A stretch of 63,698 nucleotides of DNA, filler included, from Octopus bimaculoides (lineage: Eukaryota): the NCBI RefSeq assembly GCF_001194135.2. It is 5 parts of 5 records of this genome, joined end to end, with 100 filler letters (N's around TTAATTAATTAA, not from the genome) between each part and the next. Parts side by side here need not be neighbours in the genome. Positions count along the whole stretch, not along the records: positions 1 to 25,995 come from NC_068985.1; 4 more parts are not named here. The stretch is one strand, 5' to 3'. Positions 1 to 13,069 of this stretch are shown here, piece by piece. The position numbers and the translations under genes are program-made. Below the pieces are notes generated by a model, which ran no database searches, was not told where the DNA came from, and saw nothing but the letters and a program-made list of their open reading frames with translations. Every line of letters begins with the position of its first letter. Position 1 is the first letter of the stretch.

Positions 1-42
<42 letters not shown>

Positions 43-548
43 ACACACACGTGTTTGTGTGTACGTATGCAGAGCTATTATTTTTCCTTCTCAGCTAGGA
101 ATGTTCACCTATTGTCTGTGTACCTGTCTATCTATCTGTTTATATTCGTGTCCATTGATTTACAAGCCTAAATCAATTCACCGATAGACAAAGTTGCAAT
201 GATGTGAAACCAACCTACTTAGAAGGAATCAGTCTCAATAAAAACACGCGCACCACGCACACACATACACTAACAAACAACAGAGAAACACTCCAGAAAA
301 CAAATGAAAATATGTCGGTAGCAATCGGATATTTTCGGACATATGTTAGCGCCATATTTACTCAATTTGTCGGTGATCTTTCCCTCGATCCTGACCCGGT
401 GGTAATATTTCGATACCTACATCGCAGGAAAACGTTGTGCAGAACTTCGGATGATCGATGGGAAAAACTAACAGTTTACTTTCAGATGACGAGAACCATC
501 CACAGATTACGATACATTTTCTGGTCACTTTCTGCTTTGCAATACTCA

Positions 549-590
<42 letters not shown>

Positions 591-1388
591 NNNNNNNNNN
601 NNNNNNNNNNNNNNNNNNNNNNNNNNNNNNNNNNNNNNNNNNNNNNNNNNNNNNNNNNNNNNNNNNNNNNNNNNNNNNNNNNNNNNNNNNNNNNNNNNNN
701 NNNNNNNNNNNNNNNNNNNNNNNNNNNNNNNNNNNNNNNNNNNNNNNNNNNNNNNNNNNNNNNNNNNNNNNNNNNNNNNNNNNNNNNNNNNNNNNNNNNN
801 NNNNNNNNNNNNNNNNNNNNNNNNNNNNNNNNNNNNNNNNNNNNNNNNNNNNNNNNNNNNNNNNNNNNNNNNNNNNNNNNNTATATATATATATATATAT
901 GAATATGTATATGTATGTGTGTATGCATCTTTAACTGTATCTACGTATGTGTGAGTGGTGTGTGTGCATGTTTGAATGGTCGGATGTATGTGATGTGTAT
1001 ATATGTATATATAATTATGTATGTATACATAACTAAATAAACATGTGCGTAGGCGCGTGTGTATGTATATTCAAATTTGCAAACGTAGACAAGAAGAAGC
1101 GCGGACAGTACTTGATAGTAAAAGAAGAATTTACATGAATTCCATGATTAATTCGAAGCTGAATACTTAGAAATCATTACGATGGTTATTTTGATGCATA
1201 TATTTTGGGTGACTTGGAAATATAAACATGAAATCTGATACTTAATGAGCGCAGAGTGAAAAATGTTTGAAAATTTCCCTTGGTGACATGGAATACGAAA
1301 GTCATATTGTTTAGAAAATAGCGGTAAACTTTCTACTTAGCAGAGTAAAAAGATAAATACACTTAATATAAAGCAACATGGATACGTC

Positions 1389-1455
<67 letters not shown>

Positions 1456-1675
1456 GCGTGCGTGTGTATACGTGCGTGCATATATATNNNNNNNNNNNNN
1501 NNNNNNNNNNNNNNNNNNNNNNNNNNNNNNNNNNNNNNNNNNNNNNNNNNNNNNNNNNNNNNNNNNNNNNNNNNNNNNNNNNNNNNNNNNNNNNNNNNNN
1601 NNNNNNNNNNNNNNNNNNNNNNNNNNNNNNNNNNNNNNNNNNNNNNNNNTATATATATATATATATATATATATG

Positions 1676-1830
1676 AAGGCACGTGGCTTAGTGGTTAGGG
1701 TGTCAGCATATTGATCGTAAGATTGTGGTTTCGATTCCTGGACCGGGCGACGCGTTGTGTTCTTGAGCAAAACACTTCATTTCACGTTGCTCCAGTCCAC
1801 TCAGCTGGCAAAAATGAGTAACACTGCGAT
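1676..1830 (+). mobile_element. tRNA-derived SINE, family D (5' part)
   Basis: A-box-like GTGGCTTAGTGGTTAGG and B-box-like GGTTTCGATTCC, followed by GTGTTCTTGAGCAAAACACTTCATTTCAC; homologous to 26113-26425 (minus). Confidence 0.75.
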
Positions 1831-1892
1831 GGACTGGGAGAGTCCATTAAATATATACATATATATACATACACACACACACATACACACAC

Positions 1893-1932
<40 letters not shown>

Positions 1933-2105
1933 GGGGGGGGAGAGATTGATAAATAGATAAATATATATATACACTCATATAGATATGTATGTATGTATGT
2001 ATATTCAATGCTTCTGTATCTAATAATCCTTAGTCGTTGTTATTGAATTGAAGAAGGTCTCGTCTGTTGTTTCTTTAGCGTTTCTGGTTTGTTTTGTTTT
2101 CCCTT

Positions 2106-2154
<49 letters not shown>

Positions 2155-3222
2155 ATATTACATCATTTCGCCAGTTATTTGTACTATGACACATTTAAGA
2201 CAACAATTTATGTCTATTCTTATTTTATTTTATTTTATCTTATCTTGTATTTTCTATTGCTGCAATGCTTTTGATTTCGATACAGCATTCTACAAATTTA
2301 ACAACCTAACGAATTCATTGGCTTATGATCCATTACTTGCAAATAGCACGAAGATGCAGTCAGACAGTAATGTTTAATCAAATTTAACATTACATTATAC
2401 ATACACATACATACATACATACACACTCGTATATAATGTTCATAGTTCTGTTTTTTATTAATCAGTTTCAACAGCAGTGTTATGAGAAAAAAAAGCAAAA
2501 CAAAACTAGAACTACTTTCGTAGTCAATAACGTAAGGAGCATAGATTCGTATGAGTGTCTGCGTGTGTATGTGCGCATGCGCGTGAATAAACAATCATTT
2601 GCACAGATGATTTGTTATATCTAATTATGATCGTCTATATAGAAATCCGTATCTATCTTTTATTATGCATCAAAAAATCCTATGCTTAATATTAATGTGT
2701 GCGTGTGAAAGTTTGAGTTTTTATGACAACTCCATACATGAGTCAATGTAAATAAAACAAAAATATGGTTTTCTTATGCTAACATAGGCTTCTGTAAAGA
2801 TACCACGTTTGGCAAGACGAAAAAAAAAAATCATTGAATCCATCTGCCAATCTCATCCTTTTTATTCTTGCTTAGTAATCATTCTCTTTTAAAACAGTTA
2901 CAAATAAAATATTTTGTTTTATTTATGGATTTGATTCAGAATGATAGCGTCGTCGCTGCTGTTGTTGATTTGATCGAACCAACCTGTATTCAAATGAATC
3001 CAACTATAACTATCTCGTCTGCTTTTTCTCCTTCCTCTATTTCAAACATTATCTAACGTCTTACTTCTTTTACAATAGGGAGGGTGGGTTTGGGAGCGAT
3101 AGCGTCGCTTATAACACTGTCGGCTTCTTAGTTTTCACGTCTTTTTTTTGACCTTGCGTCTTTATTCATGAAACCATGAAATTTTATGAGATGGAAGTGT
3201 GAATCTGAAGACTGATTTGACA

Positions 3223-3459
3223 TACTCTTTACTCTCTTTTACTCTTTTACTTGTTTCAGTCATTTTGACTGTGGCCATGCTGGAGCATCGCCTTTAGTCG
3301 AGCAAATCGACCCCAGGACTTATTCTTTGTAAGCCTAGTACTTATTCTATTGGTCTCTTTTGCCGAACCGCTAAGTTACGGGGACGTGAACACACCACCA
3401 TCGGTTGTCAAGCGATGCTGGGGGAACAAACACAGACACGCAAACACACACACACACAC

Positions 3460-3528
<69 letters not shown>

Positions 3529-3691
3529 CGATGGGCTTCTTTCAGTTTCCGTCTACCAAATCCACTCACAAAGCTTTGGTTGGCCCGAGGGTATAGTAGA
3601 AGACACTTGCCCAAGTGCCACGCAGTGGGAATGAACCCGGAACCATGTGGTTGGTAAGCAAGCTACTAACCACACAGCCACTCCTGCGCCT
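3223..3691 (-). mobile_element. Full-length tRNA-derived SINE, family A, with internal (TA)n(CA)n tract
   Basis: Minus strand reads AGGCGCAGGAGTGGCTGTGTGGTTAGTAGCTTGC...GGTTCCGGGTTCATTCCC (Pol III A/B boxes), GGCACTTGGGCAAGTGTCTT, internal microsatellite, then CATGGCCACAGTCAAAATGACTGAAACAAG and an (AGTAA)n-like tail; about 20 homologous pieces elsewhere in the window. Confidence 0.9.
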
Positions 3692-3714
3692 ATATATATT
3701 TTTTAATCTTTATT

Positions 3715-4675
3715 TCTTTTACTTGTTTCAGTTTCCCCACACTGAGGCACCGCTTTAATGGGTTTTGTCGAACAAATCGAACCCACTATCTGTAGACTTA
3801 AAGACTGGTACTTATTCTGTCGATCTCCTTTGTTTAACTGCTAGATTACGATGACAAGCAAATCAGCATCGTTTGTCACGTGGTGTGACGCAAACATAAA
3901 GAACATGCACATGCATCCATATCTTTTATCTTTTGATTGTTTCGGCCACTGGATTTCAGCCATGCTGAAGTACCACCTTAAAGAATTTTAGTCGAAAAAT
4001 CGACCCCACTACTTATTTTTCAATCCTTGTACATATTCTATTGACCTCTTACCGGGACGTAAACACAGGAACATCGGTTGTGAAGCGGTGGTAGGGGACA
4101 AACACAGACGCAAAGACAAACACGCACACATACACAGACATACACACATACCAGCCCCACTTGTCCAAGGTGCCACGCAGTGGGACCGAACTCGAAACTT
4201 GTGTTTGTGAAGCAAACTTGTTGCTACACAACCACGCCTGTGACATATTCTCTCTATTCTCTTTAATTCTTTCAGTCATTAGACTGTGGCCATGCTGGAG
4301 CACCGCCTTTAGTCGAACAAATCGACCCCAGGACTTATTCTTTGTAAGCCTAGTATTCATTCTATCGGTATCTTTTGCCGAACCGCTAAACCACAGGGGC
4401 TAAAACACACCAACATCGGTTGTCAAGCGATGGTAGGAGGACAAACACAGGCACACACACACACACACACACACACGAATGTATACCCCCCCCCCCACAC
4501 ACACACATATATACGACGGGCTTCTTTCAGTTTCCGTCTACCAAATCTACTCACAAGGCATTGGTCGACCCAGGGTTATAGCAGAAGACACTTGCCCAAG
4601 GTGCCACGCAGTGAGACTGAACCTGGAACCATGTGGTTGGTAAGCAAACTTCTTACCACATAGCCACGCCTGCTC
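3715..4675 (-). mobile_element. Cluster of nested or truncated family A SINE copies
   Basis: Several consecutive decayed matches to family A segments (approximately 3715-3900, 3925-4250, 4265-4675). Confidence 0.8.
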
Positions 4676-5199
4676 CCATTTTCATGTATATTTTAGTCTC
4701 GAAGTTCTTACTGTTCAAATGAAGAAATCTATTAGTAAACTAAGCCCCATACACCAACAAGGATGATGAGGCATACATGTGTATATATGCAGGCATGACC
4801 GTGGAATTCAGAAGTTCGCTTCGCTTCCGCACGTTTTCAGTTTCAATCCCACTTTGCGGCAAATTTGATAAGTAGACCAATCAATAACTTGTGCGTGAAT
4901 TTGCTATTGACGGAAAAAGTGTGGAAGTGTTGCGCGCACGCTTTTTATTTGTGTTCTTCTAACATCGATTGATAACTAATGTTGCTTGTTTATGCCTTTA
5001 AGAAGTAGTGTGGTTGATGTAATGAAATAAACATGCAGTACTCCAGCATGACCACAGTTCATTGGATAAAACAAATAAGTAAATGAGTTGAAGGCGCATT
5101 TATACACGCATCATTACATATACACACTGAGTTAGGGGTATGTAGACATATAGATAAACCTACGTAAATTAAGTAATACATTTTAAAATGCAAGCATGT

Positions 5200-5540
5200 A
5201 GGCGTAGGAGTGGCTGTGTGGTAAGTAGCTTGCTTACCAGCCATATGGTTCTGGGTTCAGTCCCACTGTGTGGCACCTTCTACTATAGCCTCGGGCCGAC
5301 CAAAGCCTTATGAGTGGAATTGGTAGACTGAAACTGACAGAAGCCCGTCGTATATATATGTGCGTGTGTGTATATGTTTGTGTGTCTGTGTTTGTTCCCC
5401 CAACATCGCTTGACAACCGGTTCGGCAAAAGAGACCGATAGAATAAGTACTTATAAAGAATAAGTCCTGGGGTCGATTTGCTCGACTAAAGGTGGTGCTC
5501 CAGCATGGCCACAGTCAAATGACTGAAGCAAATAAAAGAT
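5200..5540 (+). mobile_element. Family A SINE with internal deletions
   Basis: AGGCGTAGGAGTGGCTGTGTGGTAAGTAGC head through GCATGGCCACAGTCAAATGACTGAAGCAAATAAAAG tail. Confidence 0.85.
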
Positions 5541-5574
5541 TAAGCCTGCGAGTGAGTCTATGTAGTCACTCCAC

Positions 5575-5906
5575 TTCCATCTTCAAACAAGTCCTCTTAG
5601 ATAACGTGGTCTTGTTTTAGAGCCTCCAGCAGGAGACAACACTGGATTCAGAAAAAAACATTCCGTCGTTCATAGGCAAGGATGTATGCCCTTTAAGAAA
5701 CCCCGATCTCAGTCCGTTGGATTCCTCTATTTAGTCCATTTTGGAGACGAGGGTCTCGTGCACTCCTCATGCTTCGCTCGACGCTCTGAAGGCATAACTG
5801 CTCCAGAAATTAGCTTCGATTCCGCAAGAACAGCTGCGTAGTGCGTGTGATACATTCGCACCTAGACTTAAGGCTGATTCGAAACAGAGGTGGTCATATC
5901 GAATAA
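5575..5906 (+). pseudogene. Tc1/mariner (maT/DD37D-like) transposase C-terminal relic
   Basis: Manual translation through stops and frameshifts: WIQK..IPSFIGKDVCPLRNPDLSPLDSSI*SILETRVSCTPHASLDALKA*LLQKLASIPQEQLRSACDTFAPRLKA.IRNRGGHIE*; matches the WPPxSPDLNPLD...GGHIE* end pattern of this family. Confidence 0.85.
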
Positions 5907-5989
5907 ATGCAGAAGTGTCATCGTTGTGTTTCCTTTACCATTGCATTGCAACGATTTTTTTTTTTTCACAATGTAACCTCGTGGGCATC

Positions 5990-6150
5990 GGTACCATTTT
6001 CCTCTTTCTCCGTTCTTCCATTCTCCGAACTTTCCATCTTTCCGACGAAGGGCTACGCCCGAAACGTCATACACTCTCTCTTTCCTTTCCTGAGCGTCCA
6101 ATAATACTATCCATATCACGTCCTCACTTTGTTGTTTTTTTGTTATTGTT
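5990..6150 (+). mobile_element. Penelope-type terminal-repeat fragment with hammerhead-like core
   Basis: CCGACGAAGGGCTACGCCCGAAACGTCA (about 6042-6069) has the layout CYGAnGA - stem GGGC/GCCC - GAAAC-GTC; its downstream part resembles 29642-29830. Confidence 0.5.
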
Positions 6151-7591
6151 TTTNNNNNNNNNNATCAAATCCACTTACAAAGTTCTGATAGATTGCCCCA
6201 ATACTACAGTAAAAGACACTTGTCCAAGGCACCATGCAGTGGAAAAAAAACTTTACAAAAATTTTTACTTAGAATAGTTCTGCTTGAGATAGAGTGAACA
6301 GAAGATTGTTATACGTCGTAAAAAGAGAAATACGAATGTCGCGAAGAGTGTAAACCATGAGTTTATGATCGAGTTTTATATTTCCATTCTTTGATTTCAT
6401 TTTTTATTGTCAATTTACATTTATATTTATATTTTTTATTTTCATTATAAGTTCCGTTTTCTTTTTTTTTTCTCCCTTTTTTGACTGGCAATTGTATCTG
6501 AAGCATGTCAGCGCTCGTCCATTTGTAACGAGTGGCGTAGCGTACAAATAATAATGTGCATGTTACTATTGGAAATTCAAATTTCTATCTTGTCGTTCTC
6601 TATTGCCTTTCGTGCACTTAACACACATATACCCACGCAAGCATTGCAGTTTCGTAGATACATTCACACGCATACTCAAAGTTTGATTTATATATTACAA
6701 AAAACAAATATAAACACCCACACTTGACGCTGAAGACGGAAAAACAAAACAGCTACAACTGAAACCTCTGACAATAAATAGTAATAAAGAAACAATAAAT
6801 CCAGACATAACACACCATAGCATACTGTACCTTTCTAAACCTTACACTGTTTTTCCCGCCTACCACTATCCAAGAATTGGTGAATCACCCACACCTATCC
6901 ACGTCAAGAAACGGTGTTTCTAATTTATTCATGTCATTTCAGTCTTATTGAATTGTAAAATCCTTGGGATTACAGGGAAATATCAGCGAGCTTCGCTTAA
7001 TGAATGCGATCTGTACGCTTGATCACGAAGGAACTACTAAAAGAGTTACAGCAAAGAAATTAATCTTTGTGTCTGCGAATTAATTGTCTATTTATTTCTA
7101 ACGGTGCTAAAACCTTCACTTGGCGTATTCGAGCTCTTCAATCTGATAAACTCGAGGAGAAGGGGCCGAAATGGCGAACGCCATACCAACGTCTTCTGTC
7201 AGACATCAACAAAACGAATAATGTATTAAAAATACATTATGTTGGGTCTGCCTGTGTATGTGTTTTGTGTGAGGGTGTATTCGTGTGACTGTGTGTTTGT
7301 GTGCGTTTGTGTGTGTATGTTTGTGTGTGCGGGTGTGTATGTGTGTATGTGTATGGTGATCTGCATGTTTGTGTTTGAGAAAGAATTGTGCACGTATTTT
7401 GTCTTCTTTCTGGAAGTACGTATGTCTACATATGTCTTGTTATATATGAATGTGTTTTTGTGGCGGTATACGTGTGCATTTGCAAGCATATGTATATTTA
7501 CGCAAGTACCTCTGTATACACACACACACAGACACACACACACACACACANNNNNNNNNNNNNNNNNNNNNNNNNNNNNNNNNNNNNNNNN

Positions 7592-7628
<37 letters not shown>

Positions 7629-9250
7629 TCTATTATAAGTTAGATTAAGATCAGAAGGCGATGAGCTTAAATATATTTAAGGACATATGAATCTTTCATT
7701 GAATACGTCTTAATTACTTTTCCGCTGATAAAACACCAAATAAACGAACTTCAGTGAGATAAATGAATTTTTGTGTATTTATAATTAAACATACAAATGT
7801 TTTAAATTCGAAACAAGTGTTTTGCATTATAAAGGTGCCACTGATTTGAGGGTTCTTAGCTGATCATCATATCGAACTGATTATCTATTTTACAAGGGTA
7901 TATATTTATCGATATCTATTAGAGTGAAGGTAAGTTACACTTTGACCAGAGCAGTAACTTAGTAATTAACGATGTGTTGTTTACACACATACACACAGAC
8001 ACGCACACACACTCACACACACACACAACCACACACTCACATACACACACATATTTACAAATAAAACATGCCCGTGTGCGTGCGTATACACACACATGCA
8101 CACATTAGTCGGACTTACGTATAATTTGCCTGTACCAAATTCCACTCTCAAGCCATTGGCCAACTTAAAGCGGCTACAGTAATAGTTCTCAACCACTTTT
8201 TTAAAAAGCTATGGATGCCTTTGATTACTATTTTATTCTGGTAAGCTACCATAGCCATTTGATGTTTAAAAACTAGTTTTATAGATACCTATAATGCCAA
8301 TGAAATAATCTGGATCCTTATACACTCCCTGCAATGTACCGTTTGGAAAGTCTACATGTTGCCTTTTAGAGAGAGAGAGGGGGAGGAGAGATGGAGAGAA
8401 AGAGAGAGAGAGAGAAAGCAGGTTACGTCTATTTATGAAATATGTTACGTGAAACATTCACAGATTTCATACATAAAAATACATTGACAGCGCACATTAT
8501 TTAGTTAATTCACGAATGCAGTGTGTACGTACACTAATTGTAATTAAGTTTACATTCGTACATTTAATTTAGTCTCTATATGCGAATACATGTTTATTAA
8601 ACAAAAATGTTATTCGTAATTTACGTACAATAATGAATAATATTATGGTATGGTGGTTGCTCCTTGGAACCTGAGGGGTGCTCCTGAGCCACCAGTCTAT
8701 ATGAAAGAAACGGAAATACTCTTGCTATTAAAACCCTGTTCTATGCCTGAAATGGTCCATTGGAAACGACACCGTAATATTCTGGGTAAGGTTCAAGAAG
8801 GTAAGTTAAACCTCATATTCTCAATTTGGTCTGCGATCACTTTAGGTGCATCTTGATGGAGGGACTGAGGTAATGTACAGCACAAACATTTGCTCACTAT
8901 AAACAAATCGTTTGCGCAGGTTCTTCAGTAAAAGGTGTGGAACCCTCCATTGTCGTTTAATTTAGGAGAGTCCACAATCATATATATATATATATGTTAT
9001 CTGCAATTCCACTATACTTTTGTTGTCACAGTAGTTTAAATAATTTTTACGCATTGCCAACGATTCTATTCATGTGAAATGTTCCCATGAGTAATTGTAA
9101 GTTTCTTCTTTCTGTAGAATAAACAGAGATGTATCCTACAATCTGACAGCTGTAGCAAGACGAAACTCGTCGTATTGTTCTACTCTTCGCATGTAAATAT
9201 TGTATACATGTGCACAAATACAAGCACACGTACACTAACACATGCTTAGT

Positions 9251-9290
<40 letters not shown>

Positions 9291-9328
9291 GAGAGAGAGA
9301 NNNNNNNNNNGAGAGAGAGAGAGAGAGC

Positions 9329-9363
<35 letters not shown>

Positions 9364-9502
9364 TTAGAGATGATGGTGAGATAAAGATCGATAGGCAGAA
9401 AACTATATAGAGACAAGCAGACAGACAGACACATAAACGTACGCTCACTAACACATCACTTCGATTAACTAAGATTGCACTGCTTAAGTTTATGTAAGTC
9501 TA

Positions 9503-9576
<74 letters not shown>

Positions 9577-9666
9577 ATACAAGTATTCACACATGCACGT
9601 ATATACGTGTGTGAGCTATATATATATCGCAAGAGACTGAAGAAATCGATAGGTAGACAGATAGAC

Positions 9667-9722
<56 letters not shown>

Positions 9723-9930
9723 GGAAACATTATAGTGACAACTAGAAAATGAATAATCTCTAGGAATGACCTGTACGCTATGCGAATGCAGGCGTAGAAT
9801 TTATATATCTGCTTAAATAAATTTTCCTCCCGTCAGCTGGTACTTTTCACTGAACGTATTTATTCGATCTGTATACAGCTAAAGATTTATACGCAACCAC
9901 GAACGCGCATATATTCACATGCTCCCCCCC

Positions 9931-9977
<47 letters not shown>

Positions 9978-10404
9978 ATACACCCACATGTATATTGTAC
10001 GCATGCTCACGTACATACACACATACACAAACGTACATACTTGCAAACGTTCAATCATATATAGATTTCTGTTCGGATGCAAGAACATAGTAACAACACG
10101 TTGGTTTCATGCACGTAGCTATAACCCTCGCTATATTTTGAAATGCTATGTAAATTTTGTCAACTTTCTTTTTATTGAACAACCTATCGTTGTAGCCTCA
10201 CTGTGCTAAGTATACGAAATGGGTACAGAACACTTTTAACCCACTCACGGGCACTAAGAGGGGGATCGATTCGTCTTATAGGAGAACGAGGTATTTCTGT
10301 GTGGTTAAAAACTTTGCTTCCAGCCACATGACTTCGGGTTTCGTCCTTGTGTGTGGATTAGGTAGGCGAAGAGTAAATTAAGTTCGTCGTATATATATAT
10401 ATAT

Positions 10405-10622
10405 TGTTGTTGTCGAGGGTTCCAGTTGATCCGATCAACGGAACAGCCTGCTCGTGAAATTAACGTGCAAGTGACTGAGCACTCCACAGACACGTGTACC
10501 CTTAACGTAGTTCTCGGGGATATTCAGCGTGACACAGTGTGACAAGGCTGACCCTTTGAATTACAGGCACAACTGAAACAGGAAGATTGAGAAAAAGTTG
10601 TGGTGAAAGATTTCAGCAGGGT
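10405..10622 (-). mobile_element. Family C SINE (3' part, runs into gap)
   Basis: Near-identical to 33989-34371 (GAGGGTTCCAGTTGATCCGATCAACGGAACAGCCTGCTCGTGAAATTAACGTGCAAG...). Confidence 0.9.
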
Positions 10623-11030
10623 NNNNNNNNNNNNNNNNNNNNNNNNNNNNNNNNNNNNNNNNNNNNNNNNNNNNNNNNNNNNNNNNNNNNNNNNNNNNNN
10701 NNNNNNNNNNNNNNNNNNNNNNNNNNNNNNNNNNNNNNNNNNNNNNNNNNNNNNNNNNNNNNNNNNNNNNNNNNNNNNNNNNNNNNNNNNNNNNNNNNNN
10801 NNNNNNNNNNNNNNNNNNNNNNNNNNNNNNNNNNNNNNNNNNNNNNNNNNNNNNNNNNNNNNNNNNNNNNNNNNNNNNNNNNNNNNNNNNNNNNNNNNNN
10901 NNNNNNNNNNNNNNNNNNNNNNNNNNNNNNNNNNNNNNNNNNNNNNNNNNNNNNNNNNNNNNNNNNNNNNNNNNNNNNNNNNNNNNNNNNNNNNNNNNNN
11001 NNNNNNNNNNNNNNNNNNNNNNNNNNNNNN

Positions 11031-11068
<38 letters not shown>

Positions 11069-11087
11069 ACTCATATATACATTGTGC

Positions 11088-11950
11088 TGCTACTGTATAA
11101 ATCTCACTGAGAGGTTTAGAAATGCAATATTTCTAATTTTGTAGATCAGTGAATCTATTTTACTTGAAGTCTATAAGTTTTCAAAGGCGAATAAGCACCG
11201 ACAACTAGCAAGAGAAGCTGCTCCAGACTGATGCAGAGCAATGACTGTGAAACTAGTCTCTGGATGCTGAGTTTTCTGGGTGGAGGTGCTTATCTCCCCT
11301 GTTTGAAAACTTAAGGACACAGAACGCTTGTGTCATATAGCCAACTGGAAACGGTGTTTCCTGGGGCTAAATAGAAGTAGCATTCTTCTCTTTCCTGGGA
11401 CTGCCAGTTGGTAACAAACCATCACTTTATCGTACTGCTACTGTATAAGTCTCTCTGAGAGATTTAGAAATGCAATATTTCTAATTATATAAATATTATT
11501 ATTTCTAAATCTCTCGGAGAGAGATGTTCAATAACAGTTCTTTAAAGTAAATGCTATTTGCCAATATAATGTGCTTGTCCTGAAAGGAACGATGTTACTT
11601 TGAATTACGTTTGAATGTCTCTCTTTGAGAGATTTAGAAATAATAATATTTCAATTTTTTGGTCAGTGACTGTGTGTCACCTTGAAAACTATATGTTCGA
11701 ACCGTGAATTCAGCAGCGCCATCTGGCAAAGCAGCTACTCTGTGTTGATAAAATGATAAAAGGTAATAACCTAGAAACCCGTCCACAGATGTTGCTTTGC
11801 GTTGGATGGGAGTGCTGGGCTCCCTGTTCGAAAATATAAGGATACAGATAGTGTGTCGTATAGCCAGCTAGAAACGATGTTTCTTGGGGCTTAAACAACA
11901 GTAACATCATCCCTTTCGGGACAGCCACATTATGTTGGCAAATAGCATTT
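11088..11950. repeat. Degenerate ~340-bp tandem unit with an inverted junction fragment
   Basis: Unit start TCTCTCTGAGAGATTTAGAAAT recurs at about 11102, 11450 and 11618; GTGTCATATAGCCA...CTGGGGCT recurs at about 11330 and 11853; 11491-11599 is the reverse complement of unit end plus unit start. Confidence 0.7.
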
Positions 11951-12121
11951 ACTCATATATACATACATACATACATACATACATGTACATACATACATGT
12001 ATATATATGTGTGTGTGTGTAAGTATATATGTAGGTATGTATGTATATATATATATGTAGCCTCATTTGGAAAAGTAAACAAAGGGTAGGTTACTGTTCT
12101 TATTTCACACTGGGCAGTAAG

Positions 12122-12356
12122 ATGTGGCGAGCCGGCAGAAACGTTAGCACACCGGGCGAAATGCTTAGCGGTATTTTATCTGTCTTTACGTTCTGAGTTC
12201 AAATTCCGCCGAGGTCGACTTTGCCTTTCATCCTTTCGGGGTCGATAAATTAAGTACCAGTTACGCACTGGGGTCGATGTAATCGACTTAATCTCTTTGT
12301 CTGTCCTTGTTTGTCCCCTCTATGTTTAGCCCCTTGTGGTCAATAGAGAAATAAGA
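12122..12356 (+). mobile_element. Full-length tRNA-derived SINE, family B
   Basis: GGCGAGCCGGCAGAAACGTTAGC head, GAGTTCAAATTCC B-box, central GTCGACTTTGCCTTTCATCCTTTCGGGGTCGATAAATTAAGTACCAG; nearly identical to 59064-59297. Confidence 0.9.
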
Positions 12357-13069
12357 TGTGGGATCGAACTTTAATGCTAGTTTTTCTGTTTTTTTTTAAT
12401 TAGAGAAAGAATAGCCATCTTCTGTCCACAGAGATTCATAGCTTATAGTTATATAAATTATACGCAATCCAAGCTTAAATTTCAATGTTTATGAAAGAAA
12501 GGTATGTCGTGAATTAACATTTCAAATTATTCAGAAGATGCTGTGTTATTGATCAATTAATCATCCACAATGTCAGTATGTACACTATTATTCAAAATCG
12601 ATGGACCGGTTTAACAGTGTTCAAGTATAGCATACATTATAACTACAGTATATACGTAGAAACATAGTGTCGGTCACAAAGCCAGGATTCCGTTTCTTCG
12701 TTAAACTCTAATATAGATGGTTCAGTGTTGCCAAAAGCACTCTCATTTACCTTATGATCAACTACAAATAACAGCCAAATGGCTTTAGCTCACACCCTAC
12801 CATCGTAGAGAACACCTCAGTGTTACCCTGTGTTACTTGCCACAGGAAATAAACGTAATTATCAAGGAAGTTGTAGGCCATTCTATGTATAGGAAGATCT
12901 CTCAGTGTCACTTATCACATATAATTTTTTGTTACACTCCTTGCCTTTTTGTTTCACTTTTGATATATTTTTTAGCATTCTCCTCATAACTGGACCTTTT
13001 TGCCCTTCGGTCAAGGGAATGCGTTTTATTGTTTTTATCGTATGTGCCTTATTTCTATTTTGTTTTTGT

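Noticed and set aside
8650-8856. ORF with two strong donor-like sites (GTAAGG, GTAAGT)
   Set aside because: No good acceptor or recognisable peptide, and the flanking DNA resembles decayed SINE sequence.
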